Below the pieces are notes generated by a model. The model did not search any database, was not told the DNA's origin, and was given only the letters and a program-made list of their open reading frames with translations. Position numbers and translations under genes: made by a program. A stretch of DNA of 64,000 bases, from assembly GCF_006345805.1 (NCBI RefSeq), contig NC_043000.1, positions 29,450,001-29,514,000 on the forward strand, read 5' to 3'. Positions 26,386 through 38,432 of the stretch are shown piece after piece. This DNA is from Octopus sinensis. Taxonomy: Eukaryota. Within the stretch, counting starts at the first letter, position 1. Each line of letters opens with the position of its first letter.

Positions 26386-26984
26386 ATGTATGAATGTGAC
26401 ATATAACCCTGTACAACATGTTGCATTGTTTGGCCGTCGGCTATTAAACTGTTAACCCTACGAAGCTCGCTTGGCAAGATGGGCGGTTTTCGTCGCACAT
26501 CCTGCACGACGAAAACTCTTACAAAAGGCGTATGAACTCTGTAGAATCAACAGCCATTCAACAGCTGGTATCGAGAAACCACTTATCTTTGTTTAGACAT
26601 CTCTCAAAAAGAAGGGAAGCTCTGAGTTAACACCTGCCACTTCGTTTGCACCCAACGATATAAACTACTTCTTCTTTCTGGGCAAATGCATCCGTTGTTT
26701 AGAGTGTACGACTGATCCTGTCTTACCTCACTTTAAAAAGATCCAGGTACAGGCATGACTTGATTTTTAACATTTTCGGTTATGTGTTGTATTCATATGA
26801 AAGGCCGTAACAGAAAAAAAGAAAAATTCACAATGAAAACATCTACGATGGAATGAAGGGTGTATCAATATGAGTATTAAGGTTTCAGGACATCTACAAC
26901 ATGTAGTAGTCACATCTCTGCGAACGAGTGTAAATTTCTGGCAGAACTGGAAAGCCACATCCGACTGTCAATTTTCAGCCATCA

Positions 26985-26993
26985 TGTATGTAG

Positions 26994-27028
<35 letters not shown>

Positions 27029-27435
27029 TGTATGTATGTATGTATGATGTATGTATGTATGTATGTATGCATGTATGTATTATATATGTATGTATATATG
27101 TATGTTATTATTCAGTTTATTTCAAGATTTCTTGCCAATAGAGAAAGAATCGGTTTCTAATTTACATCCAAGGCTCCTTCATTGCAATTTCAACATCAAC
27201 AAGAGGGTATTTTTGTATGTATGTATGTATGTATGTATGTATGTATGTATGTATGTATGTATGTATGTATGTATGTATGTATGTATATGTGTAGATTTGT
27301 ATGCTTTGTTTTAAGGTGTACAGTGCCACCGTGGTCGCCGTTGGTCTCCTATGTATGTATGTATGTATGTATGTATGTATGTATGTATGTATGTATGTAT
27401 GTATGTATGTATGTATGTACGTATGTGTGTATATG
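26985..27435. repeat. (TATG)n arrays with interspersed unit
   Basis: Direct repeats; same spacer family as 24533 and 24991. Confidence 0.9.
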
Positions 27436-27502
27436 TTCCTCACTCTCTATCTATCTATCTCTATACATGCATATATATACATTTAATATATACGTAACTA
27501 CA

Positions 27503-27540
<38 letters not shown>

Positions 27541-27929
27541 CGTACATATATCTGCGTAAGTGTGCGTGTGTATATGTGTGTTTTGGCTGAGAAAGGAAAA
27601 AGATGGCGGACAGAGAGAGCATTGATATAGAGAAAGGATTTTGGCAAGAGAGACGGGGTTGTGCCGCCGATCCACAAGGGCGGGAAACTTTAATTAAGTG
27701 GACACCGTAAGAGAGAAAATATAAATCAAAGGAATGAAAGGGGTGGTTGTAATTGAAACAAGGTAGGAGGGGAGTAAACTAATCAATCAGGGATGGCTAT
27801 TGCCAATACTAACTCGTGAATCGGCCATGAATATGCAATTTGTAACTATAAAATTAATTTGAAATTTGAATAAACCAATTGCATTTGGTGCTAAGCGTCA
27901 GAATAATGCAAATATCGGCCGTATGTGTA

Positions 27930-27974
<45 letters not shown>

Positions 27975-27980
27975 ACACAC

Positions 27981-28073
<93 letters not shown>

Positions 28074-28081
28074 TGTATAAA

Positions 28082-28318
28082 TGGCACACCGTCGGTTACG
28101 ACGACGAGGGTTCATGTTGATCCGATCAACAGAACAGCCTGCTCGTGAAATTAACGTGCAAGTGGATGAGCACTCCATAGACATGTGTACCCCTAACGTA
28201 GTTCTCGTGGAGATTCTTCGTGACACAGAGTGTGACAAGGCTGGCCCCTTTGAAAGGTAGGTACAATAGAAATAGGAAGAAAGTATGAGAGAAAGTTGTG
28301 GTGAAAGAGTGACAGCAA
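28082..28318 (-). mobile_element. SINE family C, 3' part
   Basis: tggcacaccgtcggttacgacgacgaggg...aacagcctgctcgtgaaattaacgtgc. Confidence 0.85.
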
Positions 28319-28329
28319 TATATATATTG

Positions 28330-28487
28330 AAGGGTTTAGTCGAACAAATCACCCCCTGTACTTGTTTTAAAATCTGGTACTTATTCTATCAGTCGTTTTG
28401 GCCGAACGTCTAACTTATGGATTCGTAAAAAAATAAACAAACCAACACCGGTTTTCAAGCGGTAGTGAGGACAAACACAGAGACAAA

Positions 28488-28528
<41 letters not shown>

Positions 28529-28651
28529 ACGCGCATATATATAATGCGCTTCATATAGCATTAAGAGTTCTAACTCCTATTTCTTGCAAGTGCCGATTAA
28601 AGTTGTCCTTTATGGTTTATATTGTGCCCAAATGTTTATTGTAATTCATTT

Positions 28652-28711
<60 letters not shown>

Positions 28712-28902
28712 ACATACATACATACACACACACAGGACGCGGATTTGCACATAGTTTACATCTACCAAATTCGCTTATAAGACATTGATCGACCCGAGGT
28801 TCTAGAAGAAGTTGCTTGCCCAAGGTCCCGTGCAGTGAGCTTGAATCCAAGACCATGTGGTTACAAAGAGAGCTTCTTACCCCCAGGGTCTTACCCGCGC
28901 CT
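28330..28902 (-). mobile_element. SINE family A, degraded, split by microsatellites
   Basis: Tail 28330-28490 and head 28735-28902 (ttgcccaaggtcccgtgcagtgag). Confidence 0.65.
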
Positions 28903-30414
28903 AATTCTTAATCAATACCAGTTTATTTCCCTTTCGTCTCCCTCTTTTTCTCAAGCCATTAAATGTAACAAATATTCAATCTCTCGTGTCTGATCTCTAC
29001 AAATAATTACTTCACTTGGTAAATACTTAGTTAATTTGATTTTCTATTTGTTCGTATGTTATGGAAATTTAAATGTCATATATGAGTGAATTATAGCCGC
29101 ATTGGGAATATTCTAAATATTATTTCTTTTCACCAACCATTAAACTCTGCTTTAGAGAAAGGAGAAAGTTATTAGTAACAACTATAAGCTACGGTTAATT
29201 GACACTTATTGATGTAAAAATTGTGACATCTCGATGAAATTTCAAAATATTCATTAATTTATAATTTAATAGAGGCTGTGTTTTTCTCGTGAATTTTTTG
29301 AAATTCTTGGACATCTAAAATATATATTTGCAATTTTAAAGTCTAACGGGGTTCTGCTGCGTTAACTTTGCCAAACTCTTTAGATTTATCACATTAATTT
29401 CTCTTGGCATAGCTTCTGTAAATTTCGAAAGTTTGTATAAGTACATGGAATCATATATATATATATACAAACACACACACAACTATTGAGTTATCAGATA
29501 AATCGTTTATTTTACATGTTACTTCGTTGACGTACGTCTAACTAGAGGTGAACTATATTTAAATTTGAGAAATAACAAACAGAAGTTTTAGAGGAAAAGT
29601 AGAACTTGAAAGAAGCCATAAACCACTACGATGAAGGCAATCCTTTTATGTTTTAACGCTCGGAGAAGAAACTCGATAAGTCCTTGTGATAGCGTTGGCA
29701 TTTCACCGTTGCCGAGTCCTTGTGATAGCGTTGACGTTTCACTGCTGCCAATACAACCAACGTTATTTCTTCTATTAGAATAGGTTTGAAAGCCAAGTCA
29801 AGAGAGAATTCCAACTAGATGAAATCCCCAAGCGGTTTAAATCCACAAGTCTTTGGTTTTCAAGTAACTAAAAAATGCCAAGACGACAGCATCTAGGAGT
29901 CACGACCTTAGAGTGTAAGAAGTTAAGAGCTGAAATACTCGATTGAGGGGGTATTTCTTCTCTGAAGACCTGTTATTCAGCTCTCTTAACTGTTTCATAC
30001 CACTTTTTCGTCTTAATTGAAATAACATTGGTAAGGATTAAAATAAACAGAAAAAAAGTAACGAACGAATTTATCTGACAACGTATATACAGGCTATCTG
30101 TAAATTATCTTTACAACTTCCACAAAATATTGTATCTATTTATTGCGTGCAACCAACGGAGCTTATGTGGAAATGTTCTGATGTTTCTAATAAAAATGTA
30201 TTTGTTTTCTAATAAACTCTGCTGAGTAATTGGTATTTTTCGTTTTGTTTTTAGACACCCTGTACTTTAATATCCAACAATGTTTACTGACTCATTTAAT
30301 AATGAAAACCAGTTTTTATGTTATGATGGCTCTATGATACAAATCAAATTAGATTATTCCAGCCATTCTTCTTCACCACTTCCTATTCCTGGGAAGGTGG
30401 TGGTGATGGTGGTG

Positions 30415-30608
30415 GTAGAGCCCTCGGGTTTTTCTTCCATAATGTCCAATCGGAAGCAACTGTCTTTGCACCTCCCGGTTGCATTCCCAAGTGTACCAAC
30501 TGAGACTCGAGATATTATTCCACCATCTCATTCTTGAACTACTCCTTGGTCTTCCACTGCTTAGCATGGCATGAAGATTCCGTTTTGTGATTCTTGCCCG
30601 CGGCATTC
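30415..30608 (-). pseudogene. RTE-clade LINE C-terminal remnant
   Basis: MPRARITKRNLHAMLSSGRPRSSSRMRWWNNISSLSW. Confidence 0.55.
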
Positions 30609-30828
30609 TACGAAGGTGTGCTAAAAAGTTCCTGGCTCTGGGAAAAAGAAAATACAGGAGGATCAGTTAATTATGATTTTATTCAACATATTCCCCTCTG
30701 AGGTACACACACTTATTACAGCGGTCCTTCAGTTTACTTAAGCCTTGTAAAAGAACTCGGAAGATTAGGCCTTCAAGCAAGCCCTCGCGATACCCTTAAA
30801 GTAAGGAACTTTTCATCACCCTATAGTA
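30609..30828 (-). mobile_element. mariner-derived MITE
   Basis: Imperfect TIRs tacgaaggtgtgctaaaaagttcct / aggaacttttcatcaccctatagta; internal transposase end LKDRCNKCVYLRGEYVE* on the minus strand. Confidence 0.7.
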
Positions 30829-31424
30829 ATCAGGCGTTCATATTAGCAGAGATATGACGTATTAATGAAGAGTGGCTTATCGATGTGGAGAAACATTCTG
30901 ATCTCCGAATTACGCACCCTGTCGAGTAGCGTTACTCTAGAAATCCTTTATTCAAATTTCCACGACGTGGGAGTGGAAGGTGGCTGGGGCAGCGAGTGTC
31001 GCAGGCCATTGTCCGCGGTAACGTCTCTGCAGTTATTTTCGCGAGGCGTTGCTAAACTCACTATTTACAACTCCTTATTCTCCACTCGCCATCTCTTACT
31101 TCACAACAAATAGACAAGATGAAGCTAGTAAAAAATTACTGGATAATTCTAGATCCCGGATTTTTGACTTTGCATTTAGGAATGTCTTTTTTTTACTAGC
31201 TTCCTCTTGTCTCTTTGTTTTCTCTCTGTGTTTGCGATATGGACAGTTAAGGTGGTTTTAGAGTCAGATCATGGCTGCTATTTTCAGTATGGTGGTATCT
31301 CTTAGATATCCTAATTTATAATTTTAATAATTATTACCTTTCAAGGTTATTTTTTCCATGCTGGTCACTTGATAAAATCGTTATTTTATTTTAAATTAAC
31401 GATCTTATCCTTATTTATATAAAT

Positions 31425-31503
<79 letters not shown>

Positions 31504-31624
31504 AATTTAACCTTTAAAGGTATTTTTGATATGCTGGCCATTGATAAAATATTTTTCCCGAAAAATATTTTATCCTACATTAGTTATATATATAAATATG
31601 TATATATGTATAAATATATATAAT

Positions 31625-32031
31625 AATTATTATTTGAGGGAATAAAATCCAAACTTACAAGGAAAACGAATTCAATTTAGAAATACTAAATCAAATTCCA
31701 CACAATATAATATATATATAAAATATAAGAAAAAACACCTTTTATCAAATCAAAATGAATAATTAAATTACACCAGCTAGAAAATTACATATAATAGAAA
31801 AGTTACAATTAAAATAACAATTAAAAACTAAAGATTAAGTAAATTACAAAAATGATATAATGTATATAATTTTTCTACCTATTATATACTTTATATTATT
31901 TTTGTAATTTACTTAATCTTTACTTTTTAATTGTTATTTTAATTTTAACTTTTCTATTATATGTAATTTTCTAGATGGTGTAATTTAATTATTCATTTTG
32001 AATTGATAAAAGGTGGTTTTTTTCCTAATAT

Positions 32032-32035
<4 letters not shown>
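31625..32035. repeat. AT-rich repeat forming a ~140-bp-arm inverted repeat; same family as 54800-55045
   Basis: About 31731-31870 is the reverse complement of about 31881-32020, with a ~10-nt spacer. Confidence 0.8.
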
Positions 32036-32062
<27 letters not shown>

Positions 32063-33433
32063 CGTCACCAAAATTGTTAAAGATGATTGGGAAGGTAGTG
32101 AATTAAGCACTACATCATCAATAGTTACGACAGTCCTTTGAGAATATAGTCGACTGAACCTCGTGTGTCCAAATTACATGTAAGTGATAATACTTTATAT
32201 TTTAAAATATCTTTTAAACAGTTTTATATTTAGCTTTAATCGTAACACAGTTTTTATGATAATTGTTAATTGCAGGTATTCTTTTATTAGTTTTAATAAG
32301 GATATTTTAGTATTATCTTTTAAGTTACTGGCATAAGTTTAACATTAAAGCATGTAAGGAAAGCGAATATTTAATATATATAGAGTGTTTATTTATATCT
32401 GCAAACTGATTCCAGTTCAGTTTTTTTCTTTGTTTTTGTGCAAGATAATAATAATAATTGTACAAAACACTAAAAATTTCAAGGAGTTTATAACTTGTAA
32501 ACAAAAAACATACAGTGCACTTTTTCTTTACTCTAATTAAAAATTCAAACTTCCAATCCAATACCAAGCTGGAAGGGGTTGTTCCCGTATGATAGCCTTA
32601 ACCACGGACACATCTGGTGAATCCTATAGTTGTTTTTAAGTTGGGCGCAAGACCAGTGCTTTTGAGAGGAATGCGTAATTGATAACATCGATTTCAAATC
32701 AGTTCATTTAATCAACTTTGTGGGTATGAACATGTTGATGGCATTTGAACTCAGAACGCAAATTTCAGATGGATTTTGCAAGTTCTGCGTATTTACTCAA
32801 CACAAGACAAGCATATGATGAGAAAAGTCACAAAAGTTGCATTTTCTTTCTAAAATGCAAATGTTCACTGCTTAGAACCATAAATACTGTTATTTCAAAT
32901 CAGTGCAGTAATGCTAACTTGTGTCGGAAAAGTACATAATGTATATTTTTCCTATATACAAGAAATACACACACGTATGCTTGAATGCATAAATGCATAC
33001 ATACTCATATAGACATATACATACATACATACATACACATGTGTATGTATGTAGGTAAGTATGTATATATATATAAATACATACATACACACACTCACAC
33101 AAAAGAAGTATAAGAAATACTACTGAGACACAGAGGGGAGGATAGAGGAAGCGACTTGAGGAAAAGATAGAATGACACATTAATAAATAAATAGCGAGTG
33201 AGAGAGAGAGAGAGAGAGAGAGAGAAGGGGGGAGTGAGAGAGAGAGAGATCACAATATAAATAAAAATAAGAAGAAGAATAAAATCTAGTCCACAGAAAA
33301 ATAAAACTGGAGAGAGAAAATCAACAGTATACATAATATCGTCTGGTTTTCTTCAATTGATTAGAAAATTGTAAAATATACTGGACGTTATCGTCTGCTT
33401 TTCTTGAAATTATATTCAAATCACTACTGTAAG

Positions 33434-33509
33434 TTATATGGAGCTAATGAAGTGTCTGTTAAATTGCATGGTGAATAAAATGATAGAGAATGCAACGGAA
33501 GATAATATT
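33434..33509 (-). CDS. candidate last coding exon of a hypothetical 86-aa protein
   Basis: Strong acceptor ttttttttcttattcttctgcag; phase-2 continuation ILSSVAFSIILFTMQFNRHFISSI*. Confidence 0.2.
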
Positions 33510-33663
33510 CTGCAGAAGAATAAGAAAAAAAACCGTATTGATTTTTCTGTGATTGTTTCAGCAGTCTGCATCAACAAACATATATATTTTCTATAAACAA
33601 TTGCTGCCCATTATTGAGTTCATATGCCACACACAAACACACACTCACACACACACACAGAGG

Positions 33664-33714
<51 letters not shown>

Positions 33715-33941
33715 GCACACACACACAAACACGCACATACAAACACTCACAAACACATTTACACACGCACAAACCCACCCTACAAACAGAAACATAAAAA
33801 GTATGCACATTCTCATGCATGCGTACATTCGTAAACGAGCATACGTAAGTAGATAAATATATATATATGACAGATGCATGCATCTCTGTATAAATACACA
33901 CACACGCGCACATATGTGTATGTATGTTTATACGTTATGTA

Positions 33942-33977
<36 letters not shown>

Positions 33978-34037
33978 CATATATATGATTGCATCTATAT
34001 GCACGTGTGTGTGTACATACATACATGTTTATATATG

Positions 34038-34090
<53 letters not shown>

Positions 34091-34885
34091 AAATAGTTTA
34101 TATGCGTTATTTTACCCCCAGTCCATTCATTTATATGCAACGTTCCCCTCCTGTTGATGTATTTGCGTTCTCGTGCGCATCAACGGAAAGTCATACATAA
34201 TATATTGGTAAATATAGGTGTGTGTGAGTCTGGTTGCGTGTGTATTTATGCGAAAATGTAGATATAATTACATTTTATGCATATGAGTTTATGTATCTAG
34301 GCCAACATGTATATATACACACATATATATATATATATACATAAATATATATATATAGATACAATATATATATACATTATATATATATATACGGCAATTT
34401 ATACATATATTATTATATATATATATGTAATGTATATATAAATATTTCTTTAAATATATATCCATACATATATATGTATATTTGTGTTTATACATACACA
34501 TTCATATATATCAAGCTGTATCGAAGCTTCTGTCTGATTTTTATTATTTTTTTAAAAGTACAAACGTATTTAATACCGCAACATTAATCATCTATGGAAT
34601 CTTAATTTCTTCTTCTCTCTCTGTTTGTAAGTTTTTTAATGCCTGATTTGAAACATACTTTGGGATTCGAATTAAAAGACATATCTAATTTATTTTCTAT
34701 ATTTTCCATTCTGGCCGTACATTTTTACTGTGTAAATGATTTTGCAAAGCTTTAAGTCAGCGGTTCTCAATCTTGGGATCCATATGAGATGTAAAATGTT
34801 ATGTGCCATAAATGGGTTATATTTCTACATTGCACAAAATATTTTAACAATTATTTATACATTTCATTATAATGTTTAATTATAA

Positions 34886-35293
34886 CGCGTAGGAGTGGTT
34901 GTGTGGTAAGTAACTTGCTTTCCAACCACATGGTACTGGGTTCAGTTCCACTGCGTGGCACCTTGGGCAAGTGTCTTCTACTATAGCCTCAGGCCGACCA
35001 AAGCCTTGTGAATGGATTCAGTAGACGGAAACTGAAAGATGCCCGTCGTATATATGTATATATATATATGTGTGTATGTGTGTGTATATGTTTGTGTGTC
35101 TGTGTTTGTCCCCCCAACATCGCTTGACCACCGTTGCTGGTGTGTTTACGTCCCAGTAACTTAGCGGTTTGACAAAAGAGACGGATAGAATAAGTACTAG
35201 GCTTACAAAGAATAAGTCCTGGGGTCGATTTGCTCGACTAAAAGGCGGTGCTCCTGCATGGCCACAGTTGAATGACTGAAACAAGTAAAAGAG
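34886..35293 (+). mobile_element. SINE family A, near full-length and well preserved
   Basis: tRNA-like head, ggcaccttgggcaagtgtcttctactatagcc, (TA/TG) linker, tail ...ggcggtgctcctgcatggccacagttgaatgactgaaacaagtaaaaga. Confidence 0.9.
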
Positions 35294-35399
35294 AAAAAGA
35301 GTTTAAAATTATAATAGGAGCTTTTAGACACCGAATGGCTCAGAGGGACCCCACTGTGTAAAGGGGTCCATAGGTAAAAAAAATGGTTAAGAAACACTA

Positions 35400-35905
35400 A
35401 TCTAAAAAAATGGAAGTCTGCTGAAGTAAGGTTTGGAAAATATGGAGGTTGTAGCAATTCTTTCTATCAGAACGCTTCCAGAACATTTTTGGTGACTTGT
35501 GCTTCGTGGGGTTGAGCATAATCTTGGTGAGAGAGGACGACTCCGTCCTGCATTTTTTAAGGCAGGACGAACTGATCCAAAACAGTCCTCAAACAGTGAA
35601 GTTAGTGTGGTTTTTATTCGGTCTTAAAAGTTCATAATGGATTATTGATTCCGCATCTCACCAAATACTACATATTGTTTTGGAAGTGAAGACCTCCTCG
35701 TGGATGTGGGACATGCTTTTCATAATAGCGTGGTAACTTTCTGAAATACTTAAAATTGTTCACAAGAATCTATTCCTCTGCTCTAGACACAATTCAGTTT
35801 AATAACTGTGCTTGTGCGTAAAGTGAATTGAGAAATTCACAGATTCGCTGATGAAGGAACATAGAATCCATTTCCTTCTACTTTGAAACTATTCATAGCA
35901 CCATC
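35400..35905 (-). pseudogene. highly degraded mariner transposase fragment
   Basis: LLQPPYFPNLTSADFHFF (decayed HPPYSPDLAPSDFHLF). Confidence 0.55.
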
Positions 35906-35989
35906 AAATAATGGCCATGATCCTTGTATTAAGTTTAGTAGAAAGCTATCTCGCTTTCACGGCAGGATTCCTTGTAAAGATGCGTCAGA

Positions 35990-36300
35990 CAGAGCAGTCG
36001 AAGCTGTATGGTAAGAAGTTTGATTCCCAACCACATGGTTTCGGGTTCAGTCCCACTGTGTGGGACTTTGGGCGAGTATCTTCTACTATGGCCTTGGGCC
36101 AACCAAAATGTTGTGAGTGCACGCATACGCGTGTGTGCATACGTTTGTATCTGTGTTTGTCTCCCACCAGCGCTTGACAACCAGTGTTGGTGTGTTTACG
36201 TCCTCGTAACTCATCGGCTCAGTACTGGGATTGATTGGCTCGATTAAAATTCCTCAGACTTGTGCCCCAGCATGGCACAGAAACAAGTGAAAGATAAGAT
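35990..36300 (+). mobile_element. SINE family A, partially deleted
   Basis: cccaaccacatggtttcgggttcagtcccactg...cgcttgacaaccagtgttgg. Confidence 0.8.
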
Positions 36301-36704
36301 ATAAAAAATGCCCTGATCTTGGCTCATTAAGCGAAGTGAAGTTGCCAAGTTTGAATATTTCAAACTGCTTTCACTCATTACATTTTGACCATTAACCTTT
36401 CGAATATAATGCTGTGTTGCTGGCATTATACACTTCATGAACAAGGAAAAGCATACAATTATACAGATGTTCATTCCTTGACTCTCTGACGGGTTCTTCT
36501 CACGGGAAATTACTATACCAAAATATGGTTGTTGCTCAAAAGGAAATCTTCATGAAATGATTGAGCGTTGGTGAATGCCACCACTACTTAGAGCTTTACA
36601 AATTCAGATTTCAACAGGTTCAAACACGTAATCAGACAGATCTTTCTATACAAACAATTATACATACATACATGCATGCATACATACGTACATACATACA
36701 TACC

Positions 36705-36738
<34 letters not shown>

Positions 36739-36824
36739 CATACATACATACTTACATACATACATAATACATACATATATACATACATACATACATACAC
36801 ACATACATGCGTACATACATAAAA

Positions 36825-36990
36825 GGCACAGGAGTGGCTGTGTGGTAAGTAGCTTGCTTCCCAACCACATAGTATCTAGGTTTAGTCCCACTGCGTGGCA
36901 ACTTGGGCATGTGTCTTCTACTATAGCCTCGGGCCGACCAGAGCCTTGTGAGTGGATTTGATAGACGAAAACTGAAAGAAGCCCGTCGTA
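36825..36990 (+). mobile_element. SINE family A, head and body
   Basis: ggcacaggagtggctgtgtggtaagtagcttgcttcccaaccac...actgaaagaagcccgtcgta. Confidence 0.9.
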
Positions 36991-37135
36991 TATAAATGAA
37001 TATGCAAAATAACAATTGCTAAAAATGAGAGTCAAACTTTAACACGCACAGTTACATAAAGCACTAGCCTCATGAGATATACAGGAATTGCGAGCGAGCA
37101 GGACAAAATATCTTTCCCTGGTGAGATAAACTCAC

Positions 37136-37290
37136 GGAATGAAGAAGTTGGACAAAACGTTATCACATGACTCCGAAATTTGATCAATACGACCTTGTTT
37201 CTCATCAGTGACTTCCACCACTTCTCTGGATGTAAGAGATAGCCTGCTTCCCAGTAGCTCATGAGAAAAAACACCGTTGGAAAGCGAGCG
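37136..37290 (-). CDS. candidate internal exon (155 nt) of a hypothetical host gene or lncRNA
   Basis: Acceptor cttttgcattttag, donor gtgagt, non-repetitive sequence; phase-0 frame RSLSNGVFSHELLGSRLSLTSREVVEVTDEKQGRIDQISESCDNVLSNFFI is open (a second frame is also open). Confidence 0.35.
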
Positions 37291-37473
37291 CTAAAATGCA
37301 AAAGGATTAATGTGTATAGTGAAACACAATAAGATATAATAATATATTAATATATTAAGATATATTGAATACATTAGAAAATAGGCCCGTTAGCAAATAA
37401 AACCAAAACGGTAAAATTAATAAATGAGAGTACAAAATAGCACCAGCAATTGCTTGAAATGAGAGTCAAAATT

Positions 37474-37568
<95 letters not shown>

Positions 37569-37802
37569 ATATACAAGTATATATACATAAATGCATATGT
37601 AAAGTGGATATATATAGTGTACTGTTCTGATATTTTTGGGATCGTAAAAATGTACTCCATCCAGTGAGAAATTAACATCATTAACAATAATACACAGCGC
37701 GTTGATTTAAATTTGAGGGACATTTAGTTCCATACCTCTGAAGGCACGATGATCGGATAAGCTTGTATAGAGTGACATGTATTTCGAATTAATCATTCTT
37801 AC

Positions 37803-37912
37803 TCTAAAGTACAACAAGGCTTCTATTGGCATCTTGAAATTTTAACTAAGTGCACGGATCTGGACAAGTTTCTATTATTCAATTGGAAAACACCAGAGTC
37901 TCTGGATTAAGC
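37803..37912 (-). CDS. candidate exon containing a putative ATG (37832): MPIEALLYFR
   Basis: Acceptor gtctctgcag; donor AGA|gtaaga in phase 0 (an alternative donor gag|gtatgg lies near 37735). Confidence 0.25.
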
Positions 37913-37963
37913 CTGCAGAGACATAATACTGATATTAGCTTTAAACCTTGTGTGTATTAAAAG

Positions 37964-37994
<31 letters not shown>

Positions 37995-37995
37995 G

Positions 37996-38072
<77 letters not shown>

Positions 38073-38112
38073 ATACATATATATTATATATATATATAAT
38101 ATATATATACAT

Positions 38113-38196
<84 letters not shown>

Positions 38197-38312
38197 TATA
38201 TATATATATATGGGTGTGTGTGTGTGTGTGTATGCGTGTGTGAGTGTGTGTGTGAATGTGCATGCGTGTATATATACATAATTATATATATGTGTGTGTA
38301 TATATATATATA

Positions 38313-38401
<89 letters not shown>

Positions 38402-38432
38402 ATAATATATATATATATAATATATATATATA

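Noticed and set aside
27590-27720. Promoter/enhancer from GA tract plus ggcgggaaa and taatta motifs (similar at 43830 and 63625)
   Set aside because: Short motifs expected by chance; no linked transcript can be shown.
29679-29750. 36-bp tandem duplication (similar small duplications at 8340-8500, 31335-31550, 41745-41900)
   Set aside because: Ordinary local slippage duplications with no further structure.
37190-37215. Minus-strand CTGATGA-GAAAC hammerhead-like string
   Set aside because: No stem II and no stem I pairing; lies inside the exon candidate.
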